Below, in pieces: positions 18,526-25,946 of a DNA stretch of 34,928 nt. The position numbers and the translations under genes are program-made. Origin of the DNA: a virus. Lineage: Duplodnaviria > Heunggongvirae > Uroviricota > Caudoviricetes. How positions within the stretch are numbered: position 1 is the first letter of the stretch; each line of letters opens with the position of its first letter. The stretch lies in the IMG/VR virus record IMGVR_UViG_3300026224_000021. One strand, written 5' to 3'. The notes under the pieces were generated by a model. The model ran no database searches and was not told the DNA's origin. It saw only the letters and a list, made by a program, of their open reading frames with translations.

Positions 18526-19539
18526 TCAGGCGATGGTGACCGCAGACTCATCCACGGCAGCATATAAATCCGGATCGCCCATGGCGTACCCCTCGTAACG
18601 CCAGTATGAGTTTTCGAACTGTTTGCGATCGCCCACATCTTCCGCTTTACGACGGCGGGAACCCTTCAGCGTCAGGATCTGCAGGTTTGGCAGCATGGTC
18701 ACCACCATACGCTTACCCGGCATAAACGGCGGAATGATGGCCTTGCGGCCTGCGATGTTCTTCGTCAACAACTGTGCGGCCACTTTTTCGGTGGGCTTGT
18801 CCTCTTTGTTGTAGAGGCGTAGTTCTTCAGCAGCCACAAGGTCTGCGCCAACCAGCACAGTAAGGCGAGGATCGTTGTGATATTGCGCCGGGATATAAGT
18901 GCGGATCAGATCTGAGGCCATGGCATCAAGGCCGACATAATCACCGCCTTCGCCCAGGGTAACGGCGTCCGTCAGAATACGGGAGGTATTGCCGGGCTGT
19001 TCTCCCCACTTTTTGGCGATTTCATGCCAGCCGATGTTGACGTCTTCGCCGTTCGGGTGACTTTCCGGGTCAGAGTTTTCCGCTGCTGTTTTACCGTTAA
19101 AGCCAATGCGCAGCATATCCAGCGCAAAGTTGGTGACGGCGGCGGAGTTCATCAGGTTGAAAAATTCCTGCGGGCTACCGGCATTCGCCCAGATGGCGAG
19201 TTGTTCCCAGGTGATCACGCAGCAGGAATCAGTTTCAACGAGTTTAAATTCGTTGCCTTTGATGCCCGAACCTTTAGCGAAACGACCGCTTTTCACGCGA
19301 CCGGTGCGCAGCGTGGATTCGCCCACGGTGACGACCTGCCCCTGCGGGTGCGGAACGTCCATGCAGGTGATGAAACTCAGAAACTCCGTGCTTTCCAGCA
19401 GGGCTTTACGCAGAGCAATACTGCGTGGCTCGGTCAGCGAAAAGAAACGATCGCTTGATTTTCCGCAGTCACTGAATGTTTTTTGCAGTTCGCTGATGTA
19501 CTGATTAACCAGCTTTTGTGCTTCTGGTGTCATGTTCAT
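18526..19539 (-). CDS. N: major capsid protein (gpN-like)
   Basis: 337-aa ORF; blocks GFNGKTAAENSD and LGEGGDYVGLDA resemble the P2 N signatures GFNGVK..ETSD and VGKGGDYASLDA (from memory). Confidence 0.8.
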   Translation of the reverse strand: MNMTPEAQKLVNQYISELQKTFSDCGKSSDRFFSLTEPRSIALRKALLESTEFLSFITCMDVPHPQGQVVTVGESTLRTGRVKSGRFAKGSGIKGNEFKLVETDSCCVITWEQLAIWANAGSPQEFFNLMNSAAVTNFALDMLRIGFNGKTAAENSDPESHPNGEDVNIGWHEIAKKWGEQPGNTSRILTDAVTLGEGGDYVGLDAMASDLIRTYIPAQYHNDPRLTVLVGADLVAAEELRLYNKEDKPTEKVAAQLLTKNIAGRKAIIPPFMPGKRMVVTMLPNLQILTLKGSRRRKAEDVGDRKQFENSYWRYEGYAMGDPDLYAAVDESAVTIA

Positions 19540-19553
19540 TGCGTTCTCTCCGG

Positions 19554-20450
19554 TTACACCAGGTTAAAAGTTTCGCCACCGGCCGGATTGTTGCCCGGCA
19601 GCTTCGTGGCGTCCTTGCTGAGTTCAGCAAATGCGGTTTCCATACTGGTAACCTTCTCCGCGATGGCGTTCACTGTGGAGAACAGCTTTTCGCCCTGCTC
19701 GGTGGTCAGCGTGAAGGTTTTGTCGTCCTTGTTGTTCTGTTCTGCGTTGTCCTGCCCCTGATCGCCGGTGCTGCCTTCCGGCTTGTTATCACCGGTATCT
19801 TTCGGGGCATCCTTCGCGCTGAACTGCGCGACGTTTTTTTCCAGCTCGTCCAGGCGTTCACTGGTTTTATTAATGGCACCCATTAACTGGCTGAACTGTT
19901 CTTCGTTCATGGCTTGGTAAATTCCCTGTTGGTGATTGTCAGATGAGAAGAAGCGGGAGAAGAAGTTGCGCTTGGCCTGCTCATCATCAGGCTGCAGCGT
20001 AAAATTCAGCGCCTCTGCGTTGCCCATATGGATGGCTTCCCCCATGGAAAACTGCAGGCGTGTAGTGTTAATGCTGGCTGGGGTATCCGTCACGGCGATA
20101 CCGGACACAAAGAATTTGCCCGTGCCCAGATAGTTTTCCCGCACTTCAATGGAGGTAAAAAGTTTCTGCCCGGCCTTATTGGCTTCAATCAGGAAGCGAT
20201 TTGGGATCAGGCGTGCTTTAAGCTGCACCTTTTCACCAAATTTTTCGACTTTCAGGGCATCAACAATGCCGTAGTTATTGGTGAAGGCACGCCATCCGGA
20301 ATCGGCGTGATATGGCCAGAGCATGGCGGCTCGCTCGTCCGGGTTGTAAACCTCGGCGGCATCCGTCAGCCACTTCGGATCAATTTCCCGACCGTCGATG
20401 GTGGGGCCTGATGTGGCAACCACAACCCAGTCTGTTTTCTGCTTCGTCAT
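19554..20450 (-). CDS. O: capsid scaffolding protein (gpO-like)
   Basis: 298-aa ORF; N-terminal ...TIDGREI... and ...VSGIAVTDTPAS... resemble P2 O; acidic C-terminal half; first gene of the leftward late operon. Confidence 0.75.
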   Translation of the reverse strand: MTKQKTDWVVVATSGPTIDGREIDPKWLTDAAEVYNPDERAAMLWPYHADSGWRAFTNNYGIVDALKVEKFGEKVQLKARLIPNRFLIEANKAGQKLFTSIEVRENYLGTGKFFVSGIAVTDTPASINTTRLQFSMGEAIHMGNAEALNFTLQPDDEQAKRNFFSRFFSSDNHQQGIYQAMNEEQFSQLMGAINKTSERLDELEKNVAQFSAKDAPKDTGDNKPEGSTGDQGQDNAEQNNKDDKTFTLTTEQGEKLFSTVNAIAEKVTSMETAFAELSKDATKLPGNNPAGGETFNLV

Positions 20451-20644
20451 CTGAATTAATCCGCTGATAAAAATTAAACTGGCGTTATTTAACGGAGAAA
20501 TGAAAACGTCGTCATCTGATTAATTTCCGGTACTTTCGGATATGCGCATATATCCGAAAAATACCGAAAAGCGATATTCGTTTTTAAAAAAGCCTTTGCT
20601 GAAAATGCATAAATTAAAATTGCATCAGCAGGTGAGGTTTATTT
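20451..20644. promoter_or_regulatory. divergent late promoter region between O and P with a perfect 10-bp inverted repeat
   Basis: TTTCGGATAT-gcgcat-ATATCCGAAA at 20534-20559, then a ccgaaaa direct repeat; AT-rich; no TGT-N12-ACA Ogr-type site seen by eye. Confidence 0.5.
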
Positions 20645-22432
20645 ATGGCGTATTCTGATGAGGTGATTGCTGCTGCAAAATCGCTCTATCTGAAAAGGCA
20701 CACACCAAAAGAAATACAAAAGAAACTCGGACTGAACAGCCCGCGAATTGTTTATTACTGGGCGACAAAGTTTGAGTGGTACACGCAGCTCAATACGGAA
20801 GGCGTGGAAGATGTTATCGCCCGGCGTCTCGCTGTACTGGCGGAGCGTGACCATAAAACGCCGGAAGAGCACGATGAACTCGACCGCCTGATTGGTCATC
20901 ACGTCAAACTAATGTCGGTCAGAAACAAGCACACGGAACGAATGGCTGAGATTGCGCGAATGGGAGTGGACATCCCCCAGCCTGGCCGTTATGGAAAAGA
21001 AGAACGCGGAGAAAAAGGCGCAGGGAAGAAAGAGCGTCCCCGCAAAACTAATGACGTTTCCGGACTGACTGCTGAAAGTTTTGAGCCGTTTACGAAGAAG
21101 TTGTTTGCTTATCAGTTGCGCCTGCGTGAAAACAAATTCCGCCGCGTACGCAACCTGCTTAAATCCCGCCAGATTGGGGCGACGTATTACTTCGCGTTTG
21201 AGGCATTTGAAGATGCAGTATTAACCGGCGACACACAGATATTTTTATCGGCATCAAAACGTCAGGCCGAAGTGTTCCGTACTTATATTGTAAAAATTGC
21301 ACAAACAGAGTTTGGCATTCCCATTAAAGGCAATCCGGTTAAGTTAAGTAATCTGGCTGAACTGTATTTTCTGGCGACCAACAGTAACACAGCGCAGTCA
21401 AACAGCGGCCACCTGTATATTGATGAATACCTGTGGATCCCCGGTTTTCGCCGTCTCAATGAAGTGGCATCAGGGATGGCCACCCATAAACACTGGCGCA
21501 TTACCTATTTCTCCACGCCGTCATCCAAAACACACCAGGGTTACCCGTTCTGGTCTGGCGATGAATGGCGCAAAGGCGATCCGAAACGAAAAGGGGTTGA
21601 GTTTCCGTCCTTTGATGAGCTGCGCGATGGTGGGCGTGAATGTCCGGATGGTCAGTGGCGCTATGTGGTTACGCTGGAAGATGCCATTGCCGGCGGCTTT
21701 AACCTTGCTGACATCAACGAGCTGCGCGAGCGATACAACGAAACAGCGTTCAATATGCTGTTTATGTGTGTGTTTGTGGATGACAAAGAGAGCGTCTTTA
21801 AATTCGATGATCTTGTGCGTTGTGGTGTTGATGTCAGTACGTGGGAGGATTTTCACCCGGAAGAGCCCGTGCCATTTGGTAACCGTGAAGTGTGGGGCGG
21901 CTTTGACCCTGCGCGCTCCGGCGATAACGCCACATTTGTTGTGCTGGCACCGCCGCTGGTTGCGGCAGAACGATTCCGCGTGCTGGAAAAACACCACTGG
22001 CGCAGCATGTCATTCCAGTTTATGGCAGAGCGTATACGCAGCATTAAAGCACGCTATAACATGACGTTTATCGGCATTGACGTCACCGGTCTTGGCTACG
22101 GTGTCTTTGAGCTGGTTCAGGGGTTTGCCCGCCGTGAAACAGTGGCCATTCATTACAGCGTGGAATCCAAAAACCGCCTGGTGATGAAGATGCTGGATCT
22201 GATTTACGCCAACCGTATTGAGTGGGATGAAGAAGCCACGGATATTCCGGCATCGTTCCTGGCCATTCGTCAGGAATCCACCAACAGCGGCAATAAAGTC
22301 ACTTTCACCGCCGAACGTAGCGAAGAAACCGGGCACGCTGACATCTTCTTTGCCATAGCTCATGCCGCAAGTAATGAACCCCTGAACTATAAGCACAAGC
22401 GCAAATCAACATGGATCCTGTCAGATGAGTAA
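20645..22432 (+). CDS. P: terminase large (ATPase) subunit (gpP-like)
   Basis: 595-aa ORF divergent from O and followed by the portal gene; P2 P is about 590 aa; AGGTGAGG Shine-Dalgarno upstream. Confidence 0.8.
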   Translation: MAYSDEVIAAAKSLYLKRHTPKEIQKKLGLNSPRIVYYWATKFEWYTQLNTEGVEDVIARRLAVLAERDHKTPEEHDELDRLIGHHVKLMSVRNKHTERMAEIARMGVDIPQPGRYGKEERGEKGAGKKERPRKTNDVSGLTAESFEPFTKKLFAYQLRLRENKFRRVRNLLKSRQIGATYYFAFEAFEDAVLTGDTQIFLSASKRQAEVFRTYIVKIAQTEFGIPIKGNPVKLSNLAELYFLATNSNTAQSNSGHLYIDEYLWIPGFRRLNEVASGMATHKHWRITYFSTPSSKTHQGYPFWSGDEWRKGDPKRKGVEFPSFDELRDGGRECPDGQWRYVVTLEDAIAGGFNLADINELRERYNETAFNMLFMCVFVDDKESVFKFDDLVRCGVDVSTWEDFHPEEPVPFGNREVWGGFDPARSGDNATFVVLAPPLVAAERFRVLEKHHWRSMSFQFMAERIRSIKARYNMTFIGIDVTGLGYGVFELVQGFARRETVAIHYSVESKNRLVMKMLDLIYANRIEWDEEATDIPASFLAIRQESTNSGNKVTFTAERSEETGHADIFFAIAHAASNEPLNYKHKRKSTWILSDE

Positions 22433-23459
22433 AAAGAAAAAATACCCCGTGTTACACGATGGCGTGGCAAAAAAAACAGCCAGCAAAATGACTTTTATTG
22501 AATTTGGTGACCCGGAACCGGTCGCTGCATGGGGCTGTTATTACGGCTCGCTCTGGGATGGCTATAACGGCTGGTACACGCCGCCCATTGAGCGCATGGA
22601 TCTCGCCATGTTGTCCAATATCGCACCGTATCACGGCGCGGTATTGCGTGCGCGCGTCAATATGATCATGCAGGGTTTTCGGGGTGGTGGTGGTATGACA
22701 CACGCCGCCATGGCGGCAGCAGTAACCAATCTGCTGATATTCGGGGATATGGGGTTGCTTAAAGTGCGCAATGGCTTCGGTCGGGTGGTGCGCCTGCATA
22801 CGTTACCTTCTCTGTACCTGCGGCGTAACAACGAGGGTGGCACGGTGATTGTGCAGGCGGCACTGGAAGATCTCGTTTACCCGCCAGGCGAAGTGGTGTT
22901 CGTGGCCATTTATGACCCGCAACAGCAGGTTTACGGTGTCCCGGATTATATTCACGGGATGGAATCCGCCATGCTGAATGTGGATGCCACCCGCTTTCGC
23001 CGCAAGTATTACAAGAACGGCGCACATCTTGGTTATATCCTGTATTCCACTGACCCGGACATGGATCCCGAGCTCGAGGCGGAATTCCGTAAAAAGATAG
23101 AGGCGTCAAAAGGGGCGGGCAATTTTAAATCCATGTTTATCAATATACCGGGCGGAGACAAAGAAGGCGTTAAGGTGATCCCTATCGGGGATTCAGGTAC
23201 AAAAGATGAGTTCCTGAATATAAAAACCATCAGTGCCCAGGATCAGCTCGTTGCGCACCGTTTCCCACCCGGACTTGCCGGCATCATTCCCGCAAATACG
23301 GCCGGGCTTGGTGACCCACTGAAATCCCGCGAGGCATATTACAGGGATGAGGTTATTCCGATGCGCCGCCTGATTATGGAGGGAATCAACAGTGACCCGG
23401 ATATCAGGCGACTGGGGGAGGTGAAATTTATTCTTGATTTTGATGAACCCATGGAGTGA
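22425..23459 (+). CDS. Q: portal protein (gpQ-like)
   Basis: 344-aa ORF overlapping the end of P by 8 nt; same length as P2 Q. Confidence 0.8.
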   Translation: MSKKKKYPVLHDGVAKKTASKMTFIEFGDPEPVAAWGCYYGSLWDGYNGWYTPPIERMDLAMLSNIAPYHGAVLRARVNMIMQGFRGGGGMTHAAMAAAVTNLLIFGDMGLLKVRNGFGRVVRLHTLPSLYLRRNNEGGTVIVQAALEDLVYPPGEVVFVAIYDPQQQVYGVPDYIHGMESAMLNVDATRFRRKYYKNGAHLGYILYSTDPDMDPELEAEFRKKIEASKGAGNFKSMFINIPGGDKEGVKVIPIGDSGTKDEFLNIKTISAQDQLVAHRFPPGLAGIIPANTAGLGDPLKSREAYYRDEVIPMRRLIMEGINSDPDIRRLGEVKFILDFDEPME

Positions 23460-23524
23460 TGTGCGGTATGGGGAAAGAGCGGGTAAAATCGGTGGCAGTA
23501 AAACGCTGTTCCGGGAGGTGGAAA

Positions 23525-23782
23525 ATGCGCAGACAGAAAGCGCGATGTCATTGCTGCGGTGCACATGCAGTGATTGAGAAAACAGCCTGGAAAACCGATC
23601 AGTTTGCTGATGTGTATTACCGTTGCACCCGTCTCGAGTGCGGACATACCTGGGTGATGAATCTGACCTACTCGCACACACTGGTGCCCAGCGGGCTGGA
23701 GAATGGTGTGTTAAAGCTGTTGATTGAGCGGATGCGTCCGGAAGAAAAACAAATGGCTCTGGAGTTGTTGCAGGCCGGATAG
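23525..23782 (+). CDS. ogr: Ogr/Delta-type zinc-finger late transcription activator
   Basis: C-x2-C-x22-C-x4-C spacing (CHCC ... CTRLEC) identical to the P2 Ogr zinc-finger pattern; the internal Met at 23525 has a GGGAGGTG Shine-Dalgarno. Confidence 0.7.
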   Translation: MRRQKARCHCCGAHAVIEKTAWKTDQFADVYYRCTRLECGHTWVMNLTYSHTLVPSGLENGVLKLLIERMRPEEKQMALELLQAG

Positions 23783-23804
23783 CTGACGCGCTTCGCTTGT
23801 CCAA

Positions 23805-23852
23805 CCCGGAACGGGCGCACAAAGAATTTGCGCACCCGTTCCGGGTTTTCTT
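23805..23852. terminator. terminator hairpin between convergent ogr and accessory operon
   Basis: cccggaacgg ... ccgttccggg stem with an inner gcgc pairing, followed on the plus strand by ttttcttattc. Confidence 0.6.
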
Positions 23853-24222
23853 ATTCAATGGCAGACAACTGATAATTTGTGTCTTCCTGCAGGCTGGTTA
23901 AAGAAATATTATCCAGTGCAGCCAGAATAACGTGCTGTGTATATAATCCGGAACATTTCATTGCCCGGACAATATCACCAACACTGTAATTTTCTTTTGT
24001 CGGGATATATCCACCACCCGGGCCGCGTGTGGCTTTTACCAGGCTACTTTCCCGTAAATATCTGAATATTTGCTCCAGATATGACAGTGAAACGGTTTCT
24101 TTGCTTAATTGCCGGAGCGAGATTGGCTTTCCGGTGTACTGTTTCACAAATTTAATCATTACCATAACTGCAACTGATGCACGCTGGCTTCCGGAATTAT
24201 CTTTCATCATGATTACTTCCAT
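23851..24222 (-). CDS. Rrf2-family transcriptional regulator, no Fe-S cysteine cluster
   Basis: SLSYLEQIFRYLRESSLVKATRGPGGGY matches the Rrf2 helix-turn-helix signature (compare IscR [29 protein letters not shown], from memory); only one Cys in the C-terminal half; start coupled as TAATG (alternative ATG at 24207). Confidence 0.7.
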   Translation of the reverse strand: MEVIMMKDNSGSQRASVAVMVMIKFVKQYTGKPISLRQLSKETVSLSYLEQIFRYLRESSLVKATRGPGGGYIPTKENYSVGDIVRAMKCSGLYTQHVILAALDNISLTSLQEDTNYQLSAIE

Positions 24223-24527
24223 TAATGGCATAAATTGATGGAGCGGGTCAGTGAATAAAGAGGCAATACATTCCATCCCTTAGAGCGCCAGCTGTCTGCA
24301 ACATCTTTACTTCTTGTTATCGCCGGTATTCCAATAGGATTATTTGCGTGCATCCATGCCACTGGCTCTGCTTCCAGTGATGCAAGTGCGATTTCCAGTG
24401 CGATTAACATATTGTGATCGTCTTCATCAAGACCGAACGGGATGTCTTCGCGCCACGATTTAAACTCTGTGATTTTACGTTGTAACCATTCTTTGGTAAT
24501 GGTGGACATAGTTACTCCTGTTTTCAC
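24222..24527 (-). CDS. hypothetical protein coupled between parR and the Rrf2 gene
   Basis: 101-aa ORF whose ATG overlaps the ParR stop (ATGA) and whose stop overlaps the Rrf2 start (TAATG). Confidence 0.5.
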   Translation of the reverse strand: MKTGVTMSTITKEWLQRKITEFKSWREDIPFGLDEDDHNMLIALEIALASLEAEPVAWMHANNPIGIPAITRSKDVADSWRSKGWNVLPLYSLTRSINLCH

Positions 24528-24838
24528 TTCGGGAAAAACGCCTGAATATTCTTTTTCACCTGCTGCATATGGGGGGCGCTGTCTGCTGCTGGTTGCGCCG
24601 GTTTTTCAGGCTGTACTGGTAGCGGTGGCATCCGTATTTCGTCTTCTGACCATTCTGCCAGTGAATACGCCAACGCGGGGGTGCGTTTTATAAGAGCCAG
24701 TCCGGCCAGAAAAGCCGCGCGTTGTGCGCGGCTGCGTTCGGAGGCTGGCAGGCTGTCGAGGTAACTGCACGCCTCCCGTTCGCTCTTGACGGCGGCGGGC
24801 TTCAGATAGAAACTTATCCGTCTGGTTGGTGTCGTCAT
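24524..24838 (-). CDS. parR: ParR/StbB-like ribbon-helix-helix partition adaptor
   Basis: about 105 aa from the internal Met; ISFYLKPAAVKSEREACSYLDSLPASERSRAQRAAFLAGLAL parallels plasmid R1 ParR IAFKLNPDV...CDTLDSIPQGERSRLNRAALTAGLAL (from memory); lies directly after the parM homolog. Confidence 0.7.
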   Translation of the reverse strand: MTTPTRRISFYLKPAAVKSEREACSYLDSLPASERSRAQRAAFLAGLALIKRTPALAYSLAEWSEDEIRMPPLPVQPEKPAQPAADSAPHMQQVKKNIQAFFPK

Positions 24839-24842
24839 TGGT

Positions 24843-25802
24843 TTACTCCTTGTCCATTGCGTACAGCCCATTAACCAGAGCAAACTGTGGCACCCCGTCC
24901 GCGATGAAAGTTGCATTAACTCCGCAGGCTTCGCGGATAGCGGGTGCCACAATCTCCGCTCCTCCACCGACAACCATCACCCGCCCGTAACCCGAAAAAC
25001 CCGCCAGCGCGCGGATCACGCGTTGTTTCAGTGTTTCTTCCTTTTCACGAATAACTGCCATCAGGCTGGCGTAATGCGCGTCATTGTGGATGTGCTGGCG
25101 CAGCCAGGCTTCATCATGGCGATGTTCGATAATGGTATTGGCGATGTGGTGACTGGTGCGCATACCGTTAGTGGCCATCACCGACAGTACGGCATCGGCC
25201 ATCAGAGAAACGCCTACGTGTGGATCGCAAAACACCTGGCTGATACCTGCCAGTTGCCCCTGAACCTTTGCCACATCCAGCGTGGTTCCGCCCAAATCCA
25301 CAATCAGCAGGGATTCAAACGGACTCATGTCAGCCAGTGCCTTAAAGCCAGCCGGAATGGATTCAGGCATAACCCGCACGTTACGGATAGTGAATGCCTC
25401 GCCGTTCTGGTACTCCACCGGGCGCATAACGTTCGCTTTTTTGCGGCTGATGTTGGCCATGTCCGGCTGTGCGTTTGTATCGAAATACTCGCTCAGTGGC
25501 AGGGTGACAACCACATCCACTTCCTGTGGCGTGATGCCTGATTTGACCAGCGCGTGATGAATGGCAATGACATTCACATCGCTGTACTGGTATTGCGTGT
25601 CGGTCGTCTGGATAAAGCGATCGCTGACCGGATCAAAACCATAGCGCACGCCATCAAGCATGTAGTTCGCGGGCTGCGTGCCACCGAACGGCGCAGACCA
25701 TTCCGACTTGAAGCTGTTCGGGCTGATGGCGTTGCGGCGTTCGCCGTTCTCAGTCCATGCCAGCTTGATGTTGGTGGAGCCGTCGTCGATACAAATTTTC
25801 AT
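24843..25802 (-). CDS. parM: ParM/StbA-like actin-family segregation ATPase
   Basis: 319-aa ORF; N-terminus MKICIDDGSTNIKLAW matches R1 ParM MLVFIDDGSTNIKLQW, with further matching blocks ISPNSFK, YSDVNV..HHAL, KVMRP; AAGGA Shine-Dalgarno upstream. Confidence 0.8.
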   Translation of the reverse strand: MKICIDDGSTNIKLAWTENGERRNAISPNSFKSEWSAPFGGTQPANYMLDGVRYGFDPVSDRFIQTTDTQYQYSDVNVIAIHHALVKSGITPQEVDVVVTLPLSEYFDTNAQPDMANISRKKANVMRPVEYQNGEAFTIRNVRVMPESIPAGFKALADMSPFESLLIVDLGGTTLDVAKVQGQLAGISQVFCDPHVGVSLMADAVLSVMATNGMRTSHHIANTIIEHRHDEAWLRQHIHNDAHYASLMAVIREKEETLKQRVIRALAGFSGYGRVMVVGGGAEIVAPAIREACGVNATFIADGVPQFALVNGLYAMDKE

Positions 25803-25831
25803 GTCGCTTTTCCTTATGTTGATTAATTAAC

Positions 25832-25946
25832 CGTTTACGGGATTTTTAAATCCCGCTTTCGCCTGTTTTGTGCGCACTTCATGTTTTATGGCGCGTTTTT
25901 TGCTCATTTACGGGATTTGTGAATCCCGTTTCTGTCTGTTTTTTGT
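25832..25946. repeat. parC-like centromere/operator: two 41-bp direct repeats each containing an 8-bp palindrome
   Basis: 25832-25872 and 25906-25946 share tttacgggattt(t/g)t(a/g)aatcccg...ctgtttt with inner palindrome CGGGATTT...AAATCCCG; repeat 1 is just upstream of parM, repeat 2 lies inside the 3' end of gene A. Confidence 0.6.

Noticed and set aside
20451-20644. Canonical P2 Ogr site TGT-N12-ACA in the late promoter region
   Set aside because: No TGT trinucleotide with a matching ACA 12 bp away was found by eye in this interval; the different palindrome is reported instead.
25832-25946. Possible CRISPR-like repeats
   Set aside because: Only two copies, 41 bp with internal palindromes, sited in a promoter region next to parM; consistent with operator or centromere repeats, not a CRISPR array.
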